Shown here: piece after piece, positions 9,028 to 11,631 of the stretch
Layout: every line of letters starts with the position of its first letter
How positions within the stretch are numbered: position 1 is the first letter of the stretch
NCBI GenBank assembly: GCA_016839585.1
Contig: JAEOTZ010000063.1
Span: 1 to 11,631, forward strand
Direction of reading: 5' to 3'
Length of the DNA: 11,631 nucleotides
From: Promethearchaeota archaeon
GTDB taxonomy: Archaea; Asgardarchaeota; Lokiarchaeia; Sigyniarchaeales; SOKP01
Notes under the pieces: model-generated
What the model saw: only the letters and a program-made list of their open reading frames with translations
Told to the model about the DNA's origin: nothing
The model's database searches: none
Program-made: the position numbers and the translations under genes

Positions 9028-9748
9028 AATATTCAGTAATTTTTCTATTCTCTACTTCTTCATTTAAGATTTTTTTTGTTGTATTCCATGATTTCCTGGC
9101 AAACTGAGGGGGTTTTTTATTTTTTTTAATCCAATCTCTGAGGAAATCTGTCGTTTTTATATCAGAAGGATAACCAGAGCCAAAATCACCAAACTTTTCT
9201 TTCAATTCTTCTATTAAATTATCTCTTATATCCTTTGCAATTATTGAACTTGCCGAAACTATAGGATAGGTATCATCAGCTTTATGTTTAGAAATAATTT
9301 GCCTTGGCATATATTCCAATAACTTTCTAATTGATTCTCCGAATCTTTCTTCATTGACATCCGCAGCATCGATATATATACTATCTGGTTTTAAATCATT
9401 TATAATCTCAGCAAATTTTAATTCTTCAAGTCTGTTCATAGAAATATTTCTCTCTTTTCTCTGATCGATCTCCTTAGCACTAATTACTATAACTTTATAA
9501 GAATGACAACTGTCTTTTATTGCTTTAGCTAATTCACTTCTTCTTTTAGTGGATAATTTTTTAGAATCCTTAACACCAATTTTAGATAAAAAATCTAATT
9601 TTGACCCATTAAAACAAACACCACATAAAACCATTGGACCTAAGACGGGCCCTTTTCGCATATAATTCGAATTGAACTATATTCTACCAGCCTCGTCTAT
9701 ACCACAAACTATATCTAATTCTTTATTATGATTCTTGGATGAGTTCAA
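9020..9748 (-). CDS. rnhB: Ribonuclease HII, interrupted by a 30-nt putative intron: complement(join(9020..9653,9684..9748))
   Basis: Exon 1 reads MNSSKNHNKELDIVCGIDEAG(R), from TTG 9748 with GAGGA 5 nt upstream (in-frame ATG 9766 is the alternative). Exon 2 reads GPVLGPMV...GVKDSKKLS...YIDAADV...HKADDTYPIVSASSIIAKDIRD...GSGYPSD...RKSW. The joined product is 232 aa with all catalytic carboxylate motifs. The ORF-track version from ATG 9661 lacks DEAG. Confidence 0.93.
9654..9683 (-). other. Putative bulge-helix-bulge (BHB-like) mRNA intron in rnhB
   Basis: - strand: GAC GAG GCT GGT AG|AATATAGTTCAATTCGAATTATATGCGAAA|A GGG CCC GTC. In-frame TAG at 9679-9677, a 9-bp internal stem, and two 3-nt bulges offset by a 4-nt helix. 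Removal restores DEAGRGPV. Confidence 0.8.
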
Positions 9749-10730
9749 TGAATTCCTCTTCGTCATCAATTTCTTCTAAATTTTTAATTCTAACAATAGG
9801 AACTTTATTTTTCAAGAAAGTATCTGGGATTTTAATATTGTTATTTACTATGAAGAGCGCAATTTTATGAAATAAGTCAGTAAACATTTTTAAACATATA
9901 GGATTTAGCTGTTTAATCTTGTTTTGATCTTCGCTAATTCCTGAAAAAAGAGGATAAAAACCTTCTATTTTAGACCTGTCAGTTTTGGAATATAAGGATA
10001 ATTTAAACGGGATAGAGCCTTTTTTATACCAATAAGAAGAAATTCCAATATCTTCGAATATTGATTGAACATGAGATTCAAAATCACTTAATTCGCTCTC
10101 CTCCATAAAAGCACATTGATCTATTTCATATTTGAATTTCCAGTCAAAAATATTGATTTTTTTAAAAACTTCACTATCTTCTAAAATGCTTTTAATATTT
10201 TCAGCTACTTTTTCAGAAGGATGCATACTTTCATTTTCATAAGCACATACAGTTCTTTTTGTGACTCCAAGTTTTTCTGATAATTCTTTTCTCGATATTG
10301 ATTGCTTTTCTCGCAGGGTTTTCATCAAATTACCATTTACAAATACAATCCCTCCCCCTCTCTTAGCAAGTATATAAGGATATATATTTTCCTCTAAGAT
10401 CTTTTCTAAAGTATTAAAAGTTATAAACGGCAATCCATTTCTAATATAAATAGTGTCATCTTCTAGTTTTTGATATCGATTCCTAATTCCAATTAATAGT
10501 GGCTTCGATTTTAGTATTAAGGATAAAGATTTAATATCATTAATTGTGTCGGGATTTATATTATCAATATTCGAGACAATTTTTAAGCTAAAAATTAAAT
10601 CATTCTTTTTGACTAATATATCAAAACAGAATTTGTTTTTTTTTGAGGAAAAATTGTCTAAAGCAAATGTCTCGAAATTTTCCTTCTTAAATAAAATATT
10701 AATTTTCTGAAGAATCTGATCGATCATCAA
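9726..10730 (-). CDS. Archaeal Xre-HTH transcriptional regulator (COG1395-like)
   Basis: N-terminal CFDILVKK...LKIVSNID...PLLIG...LEDDTIYIRNGLP, then AKRGGGIVFVNG and the HTH LREKQSISRKELSEKLGVTKRTVCAYEN. Start is TTG 10730 or ATG 10727. Confidence 0.88.
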   Translation of the reverse strand: MMIDQILQKINILFKKENFETFALDNFSSKKNKFCFDILVKKNDLIFSLKIVSNIDNINPDTINDIKSLSLILKSKPLLIGIRNRYQKLEDDTIYIRNGLPFITFNTLEKILEENIYPYILAKRGGGIVFVNGNLMKTLREKQSISRKELSEKLGVTKRTVCAYENESMHPSEKVAENIKSILEDSEVFKKINIFDWKFKYEIDQCAFMEESELSDFESHVQSIFEDIGISSYWYKKGSIPFKLSLYSKTDRSKIEGFYPLFSGISEDQNKIKQLNPICLKMFTDLFHKIALFIVNNNIKIPDTFLKNKVPIVRIKNLEEIDDEEEFIELIQES

Positions 10731-10828
10731 ATCTATTTACTCTAAAGACTGAATGCTATTAAAAAATTATTCTTTTATATATTAAATATTAAATTATCAA
10801 TAAATACTTTCTATTTAATATTATTATA

Positions 10829-11398
10829 TTATTTATTGGTTATTTTAAGTAAATCTGAATCTGTAATAATTCCTATAAATCTATGATTAATATCTTTTAC
10901 TAATACTGCAGGGTATTTAATAAGTAAATTCGAGATATCTTTAATATTCCATTTTTTATCAACTTCTGGAAAAGGGAGCTCTTTTATAATAGATACATCT
11001 GTATTTATAAGCTGTGGATTATCAGTAAGGGTTTTTTGTATTTTTTTAGATGTTAAACTACCCATATTTTGTCCATTTTCTATTATAGGGAGTTGAGAAA
11101 TTTCATTGTTATTCATTAGATCTACTGCTTCTCTTATAGTCGAACTAGAATTGATGGATATAATCTTTTTTGTCATAATATCTTCAGCATGCTTTTTTAA
11201 TTTTTCTCTCTCTGATCGTTTTTTCTCTAAATGCTCAAATATCGTTTCAACTTTAGAATATGGCGGGTCTATCGTATTATTTTCAATTCTAGAGATTGTA
11301 GATTGTGGAATACTACAAAGAACTCCCAGTTCTTTTTGAGTTATATTTAATTTCTTTCTTAAAAGCTTAATTTCACTCAAAGAAGGTAATTTTTTCAT
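10829..11398 (-). CDS. Transcriptional regulator with Xre-HTH and C-terminal CBS pair (COG3620-like)
   Basis: LRKKLNITQKELGVLCSIPQSTISRIENNTIDP (HTH). AEDIMTKKIISI...EAVDLM...ISQLPII and AVLV...IGIITDSDLL (CBS domains). Confidence 0.92.
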   Translation of the reverse strand: MKKLPSLSEIKLLRKKLNITQKELGVLCSIPQSTISRIENNTIDPPYSKVETIFEHLEKKRSEREKLKKHAEDIMTKKIISINSSSTIREAVDLMNNNEISQLPIIENGQNMGSLTSKKIQKTLTDNPQLINTDVSIIKELPFPEVDKKWNIKDISNLLIKYPAVLVKDINHRFIGIITDSDLLKITNK

Positions 11399-11415
11399 AT
11401 TTTCCAGAAATTAAC

Positions 11416-11458
11416 ATTATGCTTCTTATGCATAATATAATTACAAAATATTTATAAA
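11416..11458 (-). promoter_or_regulatory. Putative TATA box and palindromic operator of the HTH-CBS gene
   Basis: TTTATAAA at 11451-11458. ATTATGC-N7-GCATAAT at 11416-11436 with a nested TTATGCATAA palindrome at 11426-11435. Confidence 0.45.
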
Positions 11459-11588
11459 AATTATTAATTATAAATGTATATAAAATGAATTTATTCCATT
11501 TTTCGTTTAATAATGATTTTAACTGATAATTAATTTAAAAACATACTTAAACCAAATATTTATTTAATTAAGAAGATGGTTAAATGAA

Positions 11589-11631
11589 ATGTTAAAAATT
11601 GAACATTTAGACTCAAAGTTCGCTGTTGAAC
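11589..11631 (+). CDS. Possible 5' end of a divergent gene (MLKIEHLDSKFAVE...)
   Basis: ATG at 11589 with an open frame to the window edge, following an AT-rich intergenic region. Only 14 codons are visible. Confidence 0.3.
   Translation, partial: MLKIEHLDSKFAVE

Noticed and set aside
9020-9661. ORF-track rnhB starting at ATG 9661 as the complete gene
   Set aside because: It lacks the catalytic GIDEAGR motif, which is encoded in frame just upstream, beyond the TAG.
9677-9679. UAG read-through (pyrrolysine or recoding) as the explanation for the rnhB stop
   Set aside because: Read-through would leave a 10-residue insertion within the DEAGRGP active-site motif, and no pyl genes are visible in the window. 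The BHB geometry explains the boundaries better. Not formally excluded.
9654-9683. rnhB as a pseudogene, or the insert as an IS/MITE scar, tandem duplication, intein or spliceosomal intron
   Set aside because: There are no other lesions in rnhB, no clear target-site duplication and no copy of flanking sequence. The stop codon and 30-nt size exclude an intein. No GT...AG boundaries restore the motif.
11106-11339. + strand 77-aa ORF
   Set aside because: Antisense shadow of the HTH-CBS gene.
11513-11526. ATGATTT...CTGA resembling C/D boxes
   Set aside because: Poor C-box match and no room for guide sequences; expected by chance in AT-rich DNA.
1-11631. CRISPR arrays, tRNA/rRNA genes, transposases, selenoprotein UGA/SECIS signals
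   Set aside because: By eye I found no spaced direct repeats, cloverleaf folds, rRNA-like tracts, transposase motifs or in-frame UGA in conserved genes.

Overview
Very AT-rich archaeal core-genome window. gatE, nop5 and fibrillarin show it is archaeal; the low GC and protein style suggest Asgard/Lokiarchaeia, which is inference only. Left to right: gatE (-, 3' end runs off the window, missed by the ORF track), a 360-aa hypothetical protein (-), elp3 (-), pyrK and pyrD (-), a divergent promoter, nop5 and fibrillarin (+), rnhB (-), a COG1395-like HTH regulator (-), an Xre-HTH/CBS protein (-), and a possible gene start at the right edge. Main finding: rnhB is interrupted inside its catalytic GIDEAGR-GP motif by a 30-nt insert (9654-9683, - strand) carrying an in-frame UAG. 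The insert and its flanks fold into a relaxed bulge-helix-bulge (BHB) structure. Cutting at the canonical tRNA-splicing-endonuclease positions restores DEAGRGPV exactly, making this a candidate BHB-type mRNA intron in an RNase HII gene.
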